Shown piece by piece: positions 54,374 to 63,397 of a stretch of 64,000 nucleotides of DNA. A program made the translations under genes and the position numbers. Positions within the stretch are counted from its first letter, which is position 1, and each line of letters opens with the position of its first letter. The notes under the pieces were generated by a model. That model did not search any database. It was not told where the DNA came from and was given only the letters and a program-made list of their open reading frames with translations. Origin of the DNA: a virus; IMG/VR virus record IMGVR_UViG_3300020048_000023, positions 64,001-128,000 of that record; one strand, written 5' to 3'.

Positions 54374-54940
54374 ATGCGTAAACAAGACCTTGTTGACACC
54401 TATAAGAAAATACGCGAAGCGTTAAAAGACGACTTATCGTTGTCGTGTTTACATTATATGTATAACTCCGCGCTCGATCGTATGGACGATCAGAACACGC
54501 TTCCATACCTGTATTACAACTATAAAAAGGTAAGCGACGATAAAATACGTGAGTACTTGGAACGCATTGTTGTTGTTAAGCATATAGGTAGGGGTTTTTA
54601 CCCGCTCAGCAAGCGTGCAATGGATAAAATCAAAAAGAAACCACGCAATATATCCCTGACGTTTGACGCTACCAGCACAAACAGGACAAGGGTTAAAGGC
54701 TTACACATATGGAAGGAAGTAACCTATCTGGTTAAATCGTCCTCACGTTTCTTTCTGAAACCCGATATCGGTGAAATATTCGATGCAATTCCTTGGCAAG
54801 ACCTACTTACCGATACTATAAAAGGAATCGAGTTTATCAACGAATACGAAACCATACCATACACCGACGGCGAACACTTTCTTATGAAGGCTAACCTACT
54901 TACCGACGACGTATCACTGGCAATTAAAGACCTTAAATAA
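54374..54940 (+). CDS. hypothetical protein
   Basis: 188-aa ORF. Confidence 0.8.
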   Translation: MRKQDLVDTYKKIREALKDDLSLSCLHYMYNSALDRMDDQNTLPYLYYNYKKVSDDKIREYLERIVVVKHIGRGFYPLSKRAMDKIKKKPRNISLTFDATSTNRTRVKGLHIWKEVTYLVKSSSRFFLKPDIGEIFDAIPWQDLLTDTIKGIEFINEYETIPYTDGEHFLMKANLLTDDVSLAIKDLK

Positions 54941-54941
54941 T

Positions 54942-55313
54942 ATGAATCGCGAAGAAGCCAAAAACTTATTCAGAAACGACGTTGACTCCTATGGCAAACC
55001 AAAAGCCATTATGGGTAAGATCGACCTGATCTTTGATAACCTACCACAATTCAAAATGTACCATATAAACCCGAGGAATTGGGGTATAAATTGGTACATT
55101 TGCGCTACCAGTAAACAGGCGGCTTTAGATACATTACTGAAACGCCTTGAGAACGACGCTATGAAGGAATTAGAAAACCCACACGCCCGTTCATATACGG
55201 TGGCGAGGGATAAGTATACGATCTGGGCTAATGCAACGCTTAAAAAGCTTCCGAAGAACTATACCATTGACGAATATGACGAGGGCGGAGTAATAGAAAG
55301 TGAGGTATCATAA
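54942..55313 (+). CDS. hypothetical protein
   Basis: 123-aa ORF. Confidence 0.75.
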   Translation: MNREEAKNLFRNDVDSYGKPKAIMGKIDLIFDNLPQFKMYHINPRNWGINWYICATSKQAALDTLLKRLENDAMKELENPHARSYTVARDKYTIWANATLKKLPKNYTIDEYDEGGVIESEVS

Positions 55314-55525
55314 TGGAAGACAAATCAAACGGAACAATGAAGACTTTAGCCGACGGCACCGAAGTGGTACCACGCGGCTATTACTTTTTACTGGATTGGA
55401 ATGACCAAGACCAGTGGAAATTTATGCGCGAAAACTTCGACCAGAGCAGGTTGTGCGACCTTAATATAGAACAATACAAGCGGCTCTTCAAACACGCCAC
55501 AGCAAACGACTTGAATAAACTATAA
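55313..55525 (+). CDS. hypothetical protein
   Basis: TAATG overlap. Confidence 0.7.
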   Translation: MEDKSNGTMKTLADGTEVVPRGYYFLLDWNDQDQWKFMRENFDQSRLCDLNIEQYKRLFKHATANDLNKL

Positions 55526-55544
55526 ACAACTAAAACTAAACACT

Positions 55545-55997
55545 ATGAAACACTTATTTTCACTACGAGTAAGCTTTATCCTCACTATAGTAACTGTGTT
55601 GGGGTTAATACTTATAAGCTTAGACGCCCAGATTGCTGGTGTAGCAGTCATAACATTTGTTGCAGGATTTATTTTAAGAGCTCTCACGAATAAATCAACC
55701 ATCAGAATAATGGAAGTACCAGTTGTAGTTAAGCCAGTGGTATTTCCAAAGCCAGATCAACACGTTGTTGGTATCGTGATAGACGACAGCACCAGCGGCA
55801 GGCTGTACCAGATCAAATCTATGAACGAGTTTGGACTGACTTGGTATATTGATCAGAACAGCCGCATATTTGTGCGTCAGAAAATGGACAACAACCCAGA
55901 CGATGGTGCAACTTATACAAATTGGAAAGCTATGGGATTCTTCCCGCATCACGCTATAACAGAAGTACGTTGGAGTAAACTTGAAAAACCTGAATAA
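55545..55997 (+). CDS. membrane protein
   Basis: Two N-terminal TM segments. Confidence 0.75.
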   Translation: MKHLFSLRVSFILTIVTVLGLILISLDAQIAGVAVITFVAGFILRALTNKSTIRIMEVPVVVKPVVFPKPDQHVVGIVIDDSTSGRLYQIKSMNEFGLTWYIDQNSRIFVRQKMDNNPDDGATYTNWKAMGFFPHHAITEVRWSKLEKPE

Positions 55998-56521
55998 TGA
56001 CACAAGCCGAACTATTTGACAAATGCCTGCTCGAAATAGCAGTTGACGTTGAAGCAGCGTTACGCATATCAATGCGTGAAACCATTATTGACGACGCGGG
56101 TGAAGACTACGTTCACCGCAACGTTATGGGTATCTTTGAGCATAATAAGGCTAAGTACCTTAAAATGTTGCTGCACCCAGAAGGGGAGCCTATGACTGTT
56201 CTCAGCGCCGAAATAGTCAGGCGGCAGGGCGCAACCATTAAGTTCACATCACCGTACAAAACAAAGGTGGGCGACCTATTTTACATAATGGTTGATAGGG
56301 TAAATAACGATGGGGCAAACCCACATTACTTTGAGGTAAAGGATATCGCCGTTACCGAAGGTGGGTTGCTTAAATTTCTCGCCACAGAAACTGGCTACTA
56401 CGCACACAAATTCGATCGTAAAGAGGACTTTGACCTGAGAACTATCATAGGTCTTCAAGTTATACCAATGACCGACGAATCAGAGATAAAAGCCATACGC
56501 GAACAAGCGTGCTGGTGCTAA
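55997..56521 (+). CDS. hypothetical protein
   Basis: 174-aa ORF. Confidence 0.75.
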   Translation: MTQAELFDKCLLEIAVDVEAALRISMRETIIDDAGEDYVHRNVMGIFEHNKAKYLKMLLHPEGEPMTVLSAEIVRRQGATIKFTSPYKTKVGDLFYIMVDRVNNDGANPHYFEVKDIAVTEGGLLKFLATETGYYAHKFDRKEDFDLRTIIGLQVIPMTDESEIKAIREQACWC

Positions 56522-56545
56522 ATAAACCGTAAATTATTTCATACA

Positions 56546-56830
56546 ATGGAAAATGGTGCAGAACTAATCGCCAAGGAATACGGCGAAATGCGTAACAAAC
56601 ACGGTCACACCGTGGAATGGGACGTACACTATAACGCTCACGGACAACTAAGAAGGGCTGCTGTAGCTCTTATATGCGATCATGGTACTGGTGATATATC
56701 ACAACTACCAGAAAGTTGGAGCGACCCACTTTGCCGTCATATGATGGAAAAGGATTATAAGGATAGGCTGATACTGGCTGGCGCTTTCTGTGCCGCTGAG
56801 ATCGACCGCATTCAATCGGAAACAAAGTAA
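56546..56830 (+). CDS. conserved phage hypothetical protein
   Basis: IA-x-E...D...GQL-x2-AA...RL-x2-AGA-x3-AEIDR. Confidence 0.8.
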   Translation: MENGAELIAKEYGEMRNKHGHTVEWDVHYNAHGQLRRAAVALICDHGTGDISQLPESWSDPLCRHMMEKDYKDRLILAGAFCAAEIDRIQSETK

Positions 56831-56834
56831 TGAT

Positions 56835-57020
56835 ATGTCATTAATTGTACAAAACAAAGAACAGCTCGACCAGTGCTACGAGATAATGAAAAATTGGTTT
56901 GGCGTTAGGTATAAAATAAACAAAAAAGGTCAGCCGTACATCACTATGACCCCTTGGTACGTGGTAGTGGACTGCTTCAAATTTTTGTATCACTTCTTCG
57001 GAAAACATTCACCAAAATGA
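56835..57020 (+). CDS. small hypothetical protein
   Basis: ATG 56835. Confidence 0.6.
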   Translation: MSLIVQNKEQLDQCYEIMKNWFGVRYKINKKGQPYITMTPWYVVVDCFKFLYHFFGKHSPK

Positions 57021-57166
57021 AATTAGAAAGTTGGGCGGGATTCCGAATAAGTCACGCAATAGCCGCCGTATTTGTGATAGTATTAATGATAGTGGGTAAG
57101 CTGGAATGGTATTTCGGCTTACCTATTCTATTCTATATACTGGACTTTAAAATAAACGAAAAGTAA
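57017..57166 (+). CDS. small membrane protein
   Basis: ATG 57017; hydrophobic. Confidence 0.6.
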   Translation: MKLESWAGFRISHAIAAVFVIVLMIVGKLEWYFGLPILFYILDFKINEK

Positions 57167-57172
57167 ACAAAT

Positions 57173-57397
57173 ATGTTTATAATCAAACTCGAAACTCGGC
57201 ATATAGATTCCTACTATAATGCTGACACTAAGACATTTACGCTTAGCCCAGAGCCAGCCAAACAATACAGCTCACGCAACCAAGCCAATAAGGATAAGGC
57301 TGAGGCTGAGCAAGGTGGCGGATTCGCACTGGTTGTTGACTACGACGAAGAGTCGCGGGAGTATTGGAAAGAGTTCAACGCACAACACAATTCTTAA
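57173..57397 (+). CDS. hypothetical protein
   Basis: 74-aa ORF. Confidence 0.7.
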   Translation: MFIIKLETRHIDSYYNADTKTFTLSPEPAKQYSSRNQANKDKAEAEQGGGFALVVDYDEESREYWKEFNAQHNS

Positions 57398-57403
57398 AAA
57401 AGA

Positions 57404-57435
57404 TTTGGTGGTGTCAAAAACTTGTTGTATATTTG
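57404..57435 (+). promoter_or_regulatory. Bacteroidota promoter
   Basis: TTTG-N20-TATATTTG. Confidence 0.85.
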
Positions 57436-57453
57436 TCGAAACTTTAAAACAAT

Positions 57454-58035
57454 ATGATACAAGCAAACATATCATCGTTTATCGGACAGGACAACGAGGC
57501 TGAACACTACTACTGCCACATTGATGCTGTTGATGGTAAAATACCGCCCAAACAGTACAACGGTTCAAGCTTTAGTGATGATGAAATTGATACTGAGCTT
57601 ACCGAAGCCGAAGCCGTCCGCCTTAACAAAAAGGATAGCTTTGGCGGTTACAGACATAAAGCTGGCAACAGAACCACCCGCTTCGAGTCAATCAACCGAG
57701 TACATCAGGAACTACTCAAACGATTTCCAGACCAAGATATCGTCAGCTATGAAGAATGTCTACCATTTAGCAAAATGATCTGCATTATTGACGGCGTTGA
57801 CCACGGAGTTAAATACTTCGCTGGCACATTCAGCCACGTACCACGTAGCTGTTACAAAGACTTGGTTCCCGATACATACAAAATCAGGTGCCATTTCTGT
57901 CACAAAGAATATCAGCCAGACGAAGTGTTTGAAGAAATAGATTGGCGTGGAAGACCACTGATTCAATTTATGAAAAAGCGGGACGTAGACGATCCCTGCA
58001 ACTGCTTTGAACTTGAATGGGACGTAATACTATAA
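57454..58035 (+). CDS. hypothetical protein
   Basis: HYY...G-x-RT-x-RF motif shared with 60738..61316. Confidence 0.8.
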   Translation: MIQANISSFIGQDNEAEHYYCHIDAVDGKIPPKQYNGSSFSDDEIDTELTEAEAVRLNKKDSFGGYRHKAGNRTTRFESINRVHQELLKRFPDQDIVSYEECLPFSKMICIIDGVDHGVKYFAGTFSHVPRSCYKDLVPDTYKIRCHFCHKEYQPDEVFEEIDWRGRPLIQFMKKRDVDDPCNCFELEWDVIL

Positions 58036-58038
58036 GCT

Positions 58039-58329
58039 ATGAAACAAGAATCCATATTTAAAAGAGAAAACGGCGATAAGGTAAAAGTAATTGCCGACCT
58101 ATACATACCGTCTAACGGTTTACCCGAATACCGCGTATATGTCGCTACCCTAAAAAAGGGTAAACGCACGTGGGTGTATCATAATTGCAAAAACGACTAC
58201 CCATACAGGCAACTTCCATTTGGCGGCGCCGAACGAGAAAAATACGAAAACGATTTTTTACTTACCATAGCCACGGCTGACGAAATATCGACGGCAAAGC
58301 TGGCTCTCTGGACGTCACTAAAACCTTAA
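58039..58329 (+). CDS. hypothetical protein
   Basis: 96-aa ORF. Confidence 0.75.
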   Translation: MKQESIFKRENGDKVKVIADLYIPSNGLPEYRVYVATLKKGKRTWVYHNCKNDYPYRQLPFGGAEREKYENDFLLTIATADEISTAKLALWTSLKP

Positions 58330-58334
58330 TTCAT

Positions 58335-58613
58335 ATGAAAGTAACTAAAGACACAGTAATCAACGTCGGTGATACCGTCAGGATTAAACCACGTAGCTGG
58401 TACGAAAAGAATAAAGACGCTAACGGCGATGTAGATACACCAAGTAGCTTTGTCAGTGATATGGCTGTATACTGCGGCAGAAAAGCCAAGGTTATCGGCG
58501 TATACAATCGCGACGATACAAGCAAAATGTATTTGCTGGATATATGCGTGGAAGACTACTGGAGCTGGGACTGGGAAATGTTTTCAAGTGTTACACCTAA
58601 AGCCGCTGAGTAA
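58335..58613 (+). CDS. hypothetical SH3-like phage protein
   Basis: VGDTVRIK...M-x2-YCG...W-x-W-x2-EMF. Confidence 0.75.
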   Translation: MKVTKDTVINVGDTVRIKPRSWYEKNKDANGDVDTPSSFVSDMAVYCGRKAKVIGVYNRDDTSKMYLLDICVEDYWSWDWEMFSSVTPKAAE

Positions 58614-58816
58614 TGAAAAAGAAACCAGCCCCCGAGTGGATAGCGGTGGAAGATCAACTCCCCGAGTGCGATACCTTATACGCTACCTATAATACAGAAA
58701 CTAAACTTATAGGTAAAGAGTATCTGTATGTTGGTCATTGTCTTCAATTTGTAAAAAAATACACCCATTATATGGAGTGGGTTAAATACATTTATTTACT
58801 AAAACTACCTAAATAA
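58613..58816 (+). CDS. DUF551-like small protein
   Basis: EWIAVEDQLPE...THYM. Confidence 0.6.
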   Translation: MKKKPAPEWIAVEDQLPECDTLYATYNTETKLIGKEYLYVGHCLQFVKKYTHYMEWVKYIYLLKLPK

Positions 58817-59010
58817 TGGAACCAACATTCACACAGGAAAACGTAGACAACCTCTACAACACGTGCGCAAACATACAAGGCTTATGCGACGAAGCTATTG
58901 ACGGACAATTTATGACTTCCCATTTGGTGTTCTTGGGCGAACTTATAAAAAAATTTGCTGATAACCCGATTGTAGCCAACTCTGGAATAATTACACCCAG
59001 AGTAAAATAA
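58816..59010 (+). CDS. small hypothetical protein
   Basis: TAATG overlap. Confidence 0.65.
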   Translation: MEPTFTQENVDNLYNTCANIQGLCDEAIDGQFMTSHLVFLGELIKKFADNPIVANSGIITPRVK

Positions 59011-59011
59011 A

Positions 59012-59043
59012 TTTGGTGGTTACAAATATTAGTTGTATCTTTG
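59012..59043 (+). promoter_or_regulatory. Bacteroidota promoter
   Basis: TTTG-N20-TATCTTTG. Confidence 0.85.
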
Positions 59044-59066
59044 CTTCAACTTTAAAACGAAAAGCT

Positions 59067-59237
59067 ATGAAATACTTCTGCAAATGTGGCGCTCAGATGG
59101 TCAACGTACCACCAGCCAAAGGCGAACCAGCCAAAGTACAAATCATCCAAGGTGATCTTGTAAAGGTGCAAACCACCCGCGTATACCGCTGCCCTAAAGG
59201 GTGCAAACAAACCGACACCGTAAAACAGACCCGATAA
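59067..59237 (+). CDS. small zinc-ribbon protein
   Basis: CKCG...CPKGC; ATG 59067. Confidence 0.7.
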   Translation: MKYFCKCGAQMVNVPPAKGEPAKVQIIQGDLVKVQTTRVYRCPKGCKQTDTVKQTR

Positions 59238-59689
59238 TGGAACCAATCGTACCATTCTACAAAAAGAAATCATTCTGGTCTATCTTAGCCGTAATAGTTG
59301 CTATGCTCGGCATAATAACTATACTGGGATACAGGATTAGCCAATATGTACAGGAAGTTAATAAAGACCTGAGAGAAGCCGCATACCAGCAACACATCAC
59401 TGACTCAACCCAAGCTGCCAAAGACGCCGAGATCGTCGCTCTGAGGACAGATTTGGAGCTCTACAACGATAATAAGGAACTATACGCCGCCGTAACCGAG
59501 TTTAATAAGGTTGCAAAGACCCTAAAGTACCGCGAAGGCGATATGGTTTACTGCAAACCTGACTCAACCCGAGCCCTGATCATTGGTGTGATCATTAGCG
59601 GTTCAAAATACTACCACTCCGTCAAGTATGCTGTACAAACCAAATTTGACGGTGGCTTCCACGAACTATTTCCGAGCGAAATATACTAA
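59237..59689 (+). CDS. membrane-anchored hypothetical protein
   Basis: N-terminal TM; ATG 59237. Confidence 0.75.
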   Translation: MEPIVPFYKKKSFWSILAVIVAMLGIITILGYRISQYVQEVNKDLREAAYQQHITDSTQAAKDAEIVALRTDLELYNDNKELYAAVTEFNKVAKTLKYREGDMVYCKPDSTRALIIGVIISGSKYYHSVKYAVQTKFDGGFHELFPSEIY

Positions 59690-59703
59690 CACATCATATA
59701 GTT

Positions 59704-60228
59704 ATGGAAAACGGGCTCTTAAATGGATTTAATGATGGGTTACACCCCTCGTCAGGAATTGGCGGTGGTCAATCCGCTGCCGAAATGATGGCTGAAATTA
59801 ACATAATGCAAGCGTATGACGAATATCAAAGAATGTTCGTACCTCTCGACTTAGCTATTATCCTTAAAGCTAAAGGGTTTAATACCAGATGCATTTACAG
59901 TTACTATGAAGATGGTTCGGTAGGCTCCGAAATTGGCTGGATTAACTACAACCAATCGGATACGCTCGTATCACGCCCGCTATACCAGCAGGTGGTAGAT
60001 TGGTTCAGGGTAAAGCATAAATACGTACTCAGTGTATTTCAGGAAACAGACTTTGGAATGGATACTGATAGAAATCCAACGTATACAGGCAAATGGAATT
60101 GGGAAATAGTCAGGTTAGGGACTTTTGAGCCCGCTTATGACTGTCAATTCGGCGTTGCTGATGAATATTACAAAGGATGGTACGAAATAGTAAAAATGGC
60201 AATCACCTTAATACCAAATACAAAATGA
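59704..60228 (+). CDS. hypothetical phage protein
   Basis: LA-x2-LK-x-KGF...PLYQQVVDWFR motif. Confidence 0.8.
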   Translation: MENGLLNGFNDGLHPSSGIGGGQSAAEMMAEINIMQAYDEYQRMFVPLDLAIILKAKGFNTRCIYSYYEDGSVGSEIGWINYNQSDTLVSRPLYQQVVDWFRVKHKYVLSVFQETDFGMDTDRNPTYTGKWNWEIVRLGTFEPAYDCQFGVADEYYKGWYEIVKMAITLIPNTK

Positions 60229-60674
60229 AAACACTCCGTAAATTATTTCACCTAATTGCACGTACAGATAAAACTGAACCCAAACTAACAAAGGTTAATG
60301 TTACAGCCGTAGCGGGAACATACTGCCCCAAGTGCAAACAGGATGGCGGTTTATCCCACTATAATCACCCACCAGCGCAACCATACTATCTATGCGAAAA
60401 TTGTGATAAGATAACCACCGACTCAGAGTATGCCGAGCTGATGAAGCCACAGGAACTTAAAGAGAAAGACCTTAACATATACGACGTGTGGGAGTCACCC
60501 AACGGAAACCTATTCCTTAAAGTATCTGAGGACTATTCCTTGGCATTGGGAACTAAAGGCAATCATGCTCCAAGCAAAATATGGGGCGATCTTGGTCATA
60601 CCCAGTATGTAAAATCAAGCGACGTATTCCCTGTGGTAATGGTGGGCAGACTTATATTTTCCGATGATGATTAA
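60225..60674 (+). CDS. hypothetical protein with zinc ribbon
   Basis: CPKC...CENC; ATG 60225. Confidence 0.7.
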   Translation: MKTLRKLFHLIARTDKTEPKLTKVNVTAVAGTYCPKCKQDGGLSHYNHPPAQPYYLCENCDKITTDSEYAELMKPQELKEKDLNIYDVWESPNGNLFLKVSEDYSLALGTKGNHAPSKIWGDLGHTQYVKSSDVFPVVMVGRLIFSDDD

Positions 60675-60679
60675 AAATA

Positions 60680-60711
60680 TTTGGTAGATTAAAATATTAG
60701 TTGTATATTTG
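60680..60711 (+). promoter_or_regulatory. Bacteroidota promoter
   Basis: TTTG-N20-TATATTTG. Confidence 0.85.
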
Positions 60712-60737
60712 CACCATAAACTTTAAAACAAGGTACA

Positions 60738-61316
60738 ATGGACAAGTATAAAAATACCGAACGCTGGGCTGAACGCTGGGAAAAATGGCTCGCCGACGGC
60801 GGAATCACCGAAGGAATAGATTGTGATATCAAAGTTAAAATACCAGCCGACTTAGGCGTTGGTGTTACAATGCAGAGCGAAGGTCACACGCTCATATCAA
60901 CCCGCGAAATGGGCGGGAAAATGATGAAAGATTATATGAAAACGGTTACGTTGAAAGTGAGCACTTGGCGCGGAATAAGCGGCGGTGCTGTTCACTATTA
61001 CGGCAAGCTGGAATTTCATAGCGTTGATTTTGCACGTGAAGGTAGCGACAGCCGCTTATCTTCCTGTGGTCACGGCATCCCTGACTATCTGGAAAGCGGC
61101 AAATTCGAGCTCACACGCCCTGTAACACAGGCTGAGATCGACGCAAACCCAAAACTATGGGTAGCCTATCACGCTGGAAGCAGAACTGAAAGGTTCGACA
61201 AAGTTCAGGATGTTATTGACAGAGGCACAGAAATCTTTGACCAGTGGTTCGAAAAGGGCTGGCTTCTGGTGCTGGAAAAGACTTGGGTATCCAAAAAAGA
61301 AACCTTGCGAAAATAA
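60738..61316 (+). CDS. hypothetical protein
   Basis: AVHYYG...G-x-RTERF. Confidence 0.8.
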   Translation: MDKYKNTERWAERWEKWLADGGITEGIDCDIKVKIPADLGVGVTMQSEGHTLISTREMGGKMMKDYMKTVTLKVSTWRGISGGAVHYYGKLEFHSVDFAREGSDSRLSSCGHGIPDYLESGKFELTRPVTQAEIDANPKLWVAYHAGSRTERFDKVQDVIDRGTEIFDQWFEKGWLLVLEKTWVSKKETLRK

Positions 61317-61317
61317 A

Positions 61318-61349
61318 TTTGGTTAGTTCAACTATTAGTTGTATATTTG
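61318..61349 (+). promoter_or_regulatory. Bacteroidota promoter
   Basis: TTTG-N20-TATATTTG. Confidence 0.85.
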
Positions 61350-61369
61350 CACCCTAAACTTTAAACCAT

Positions 61370-61948
61370 ATGAAAACAACATTCAGACCAGATGGATCGA
61401 TTCAGATCACAATAGAAACCCTCGAAGAAAGAATCATTCTCGAAAATATGTACAAACTTAAAGGAAACGGCAGCACACTTACATTAGTAAGCGTAGACGA
61501 TTACTTGGTGGCATCACCACAGACAATCATACCGCCACTGTTCAACAACCAGACCTTGGGTAGCAAATACGGCGTGGTGTTCACACCAGAGCACGTTAAA
61601 AACATATTGGAGTTCCTTACCCAAGGTTCAAAGTTAGGCGCCGTTAAATACGTTAAGGAAGTCACAGGCTTAGGCTTGAAAGAAGCCAAAGACTTGGTTG
61701 ACGAGTTTCCTGTTATTCTCAACCAACAGGAGTTGAACAAGCAGCACCAAAAGGATTTGGATAATGAAAAAAACGTCATTCACACCCACATATTCACTCC
61801 TAAAGAGGTTATGGTTATAGTCGGGTATCTTGACAGGAAAGAAAGATTGATGGCTGTTAGGTACATCAAGGAAGCCAAAGGAATAAGCGTGGAAACAGCC
61901 AAAATAGAATTTGATAAATTCTTGGCTATGAACACACACATACTTTAA
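61370..61948 (+). CDS. protein with two ribosomal bL12 (L7/L12) C-terminal-like domains
   Basis: KLGAVKYVKEVTGLGLKEAKDLVD and degenerate RLMAVRYIKEAKGISVETAKIEFD. Confidence 0.8.
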   Translation: MKTTFRPDGSIQITIETLEERIILENMYKLKGNGSTLTLVSVDDYLVASPQTIIPPLFNNQTLGSKYGVVFTPEHVKNILEFLTQGSKLGAVKYVKEVTGLGLKEAKDLVDEFPVILNQQELNKQHQKDLDNEKNVIHTHIFTPKEVMVIVGYLDRKERLMAVRYIKEAKGISVETAKIEFDKFLAMNTHIL

Positions 61949-61959
61949 TCCATACAGCT

Positions 61960-62235
61960 ATGGCAAAAATGGTATACACAACCGCAGGGGCGCTGTTAGC
62001 AGTGCTGGCGTTCACAGACCCAACCAACACACCCAAGATCGCATACAACCGCGATGATCTGGCTCAGCCGCTTATTGATAAGCTGAGAAATGCTATTGGC
62101 GATAAGGACGGAAGCCAACAGGTTTGCCTCTCTTTCGGCAACAGCGATGAAGAAAAAGAACTGGAACACCAGTTTAGCCAAATATGTAGAAATATTGGTG
62201 AAATATTCTTGGAAATTTACAGCATAACAGTTTAA
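61960..62235 (+). CDS. hypothetical protein
   Basis: 91-aa ORF. Confidence 0.7.
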   Translation: MAKMVYTTAGALLAVLAFTDPTNTPKIAYNRDDLAQPLIDKLRNAIGDKDGSQQVCLSFGNSDEEKELEHQFSQICRNIGEIFLEIYSITV

Positions 62236-62246
62236 CCCTAATCATT

Positions 62247-62694
62247 ATGAAAAAAAAAATACCCAATATTCGTGACAATCTTATGCGCCTTAGTCGCGTT
62301 CGTTAATGTCTTCGCATACGGCGACACTGGACGCCAAGAATCAGCAGCGCTTTTAAGTATATTTTTGATGTTTATACTAGCGTTCTCATTTTGGAGTACA
62401 TACGCCAGCATAAACGACGCCATTCTAAGAAAGATTAAGTCCAATGAACCCGCAGAGCCCGAAGAAGTGTTGCTAAAAATTACCGTTAGAAATAACAGGG
62501 ACGGCAAAGACTTCACATACGCGGCGGATAATGAGTTTGGATTGAATTACAGCTACGAATACGACAGAAGAGGACAGGAGTTCCTGAGAATCGTAAAAGA
62601 ACTTAAAGACGGTAGCCTTACCTTAGCCATACTGACTGAGCACGACGTTATCGACGTTAAATACGGATTCTATACAACCGAAACTGTAAAATAG
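62247..62694 (+). CDS. membrane protein; ATG 62247 is out of frame by one A in an A10 run
   Basis: A9 would give MKKKYPIFVTILC...; otherwise GTG start at 62272. Confidence 0.6.
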
Positions 62695-62702
62695 TTCAGA
62701 CA

Positions 62703-62999
62703 ATGGTATATTTAGACCTTGATAAAGTTACAGCCAAAGATGCCAAAAAAATGGCTTCCATAGCCAGTGGAATACCACCCAGATTCTTTACAGTGGCTTA
62801 TCTGGGTCAAGCCAAACTTACCACCAGAAAAACTCAACAAGCTTGGTTCTGCGAAGCGTTCGAGTTTGGAATAGAAATAAACACAGACGAGATTCAACCA
62901 TACTGGGTAAATGACGAGCAAAAAAGAGTCAAGATGATGGAAGAGTATATCATCAAACATAAACTGGAAAAGCCATATCTTAAAAAATGGGCAATGTAA
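62703..62999 (+). CDS. hypothetical protein
   Basis: 98-aa ORF. Confidence 0.7.
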   Translation: MVYLDLDKVTAKDAKKMASIASGIPPRFFTVAYLGQAKLTTRKTQQAWFCEAFEFGIEINTDEIQPYWVNDEQKRVKMMEEYIIKHKLEKPYLKKWAM

Positions 63000-63397
63000 T
63001 GGACTCCTACACAACCACAATAAGATCACCACAAATGGTGGACGTAAGAGTTTGCAATAAAATGATTGCAAAGTTTATGGGCGTGGTCGTGAATGAATAC
63101 GCCAATGAATTAGGAGAACAAAAATTCTGGATGGCTACGGAAGGAAAACTATTACCACCCTTTCCTACCTCATTCACCAGCCCAGATGATATCGTATATA
63201 ACTACCACTGGGATTGGAACTCCCTTATGGACGTTTGCCATAAATGGGATAACCTTAAAGTACCAGAATGCCACGAACCCGCATACGTTGATATCTGCGA
63301 TTGGCTGGATAACGCCGTATCTACATACGAAATTAATAACGCATATAACCAACTGGTGAACGCCATAGAATGGTACGAATCTAAATGTAAACGATAA
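62987..63397 (+). CDS. hypothetical phage protein
   Basis: NKMIAKFMG...YHWDWNSLM...IEWY. Confidence 0.75.
   Translation: MGNVMDSYTTTIRSPQMVDVRVCNKMIAKFMGVVVNEYANELGEQKFWMATEGKLLPPFPTSFTSPDDIVYNYHWDWNSLMDVCHKWDNLKVPECHEPAYVDICDWLDNAVSTYEINNAYNQLVNAIEWYESKCKR

Noticed and set aside
532-61349. CRISPR array or mobile-element ends from the recurring 32-36 bp repeat
   Set aside because: Copies are dispersed, degenerate, always just upstream of genes, and match the Bacteroidota promoter consensus.
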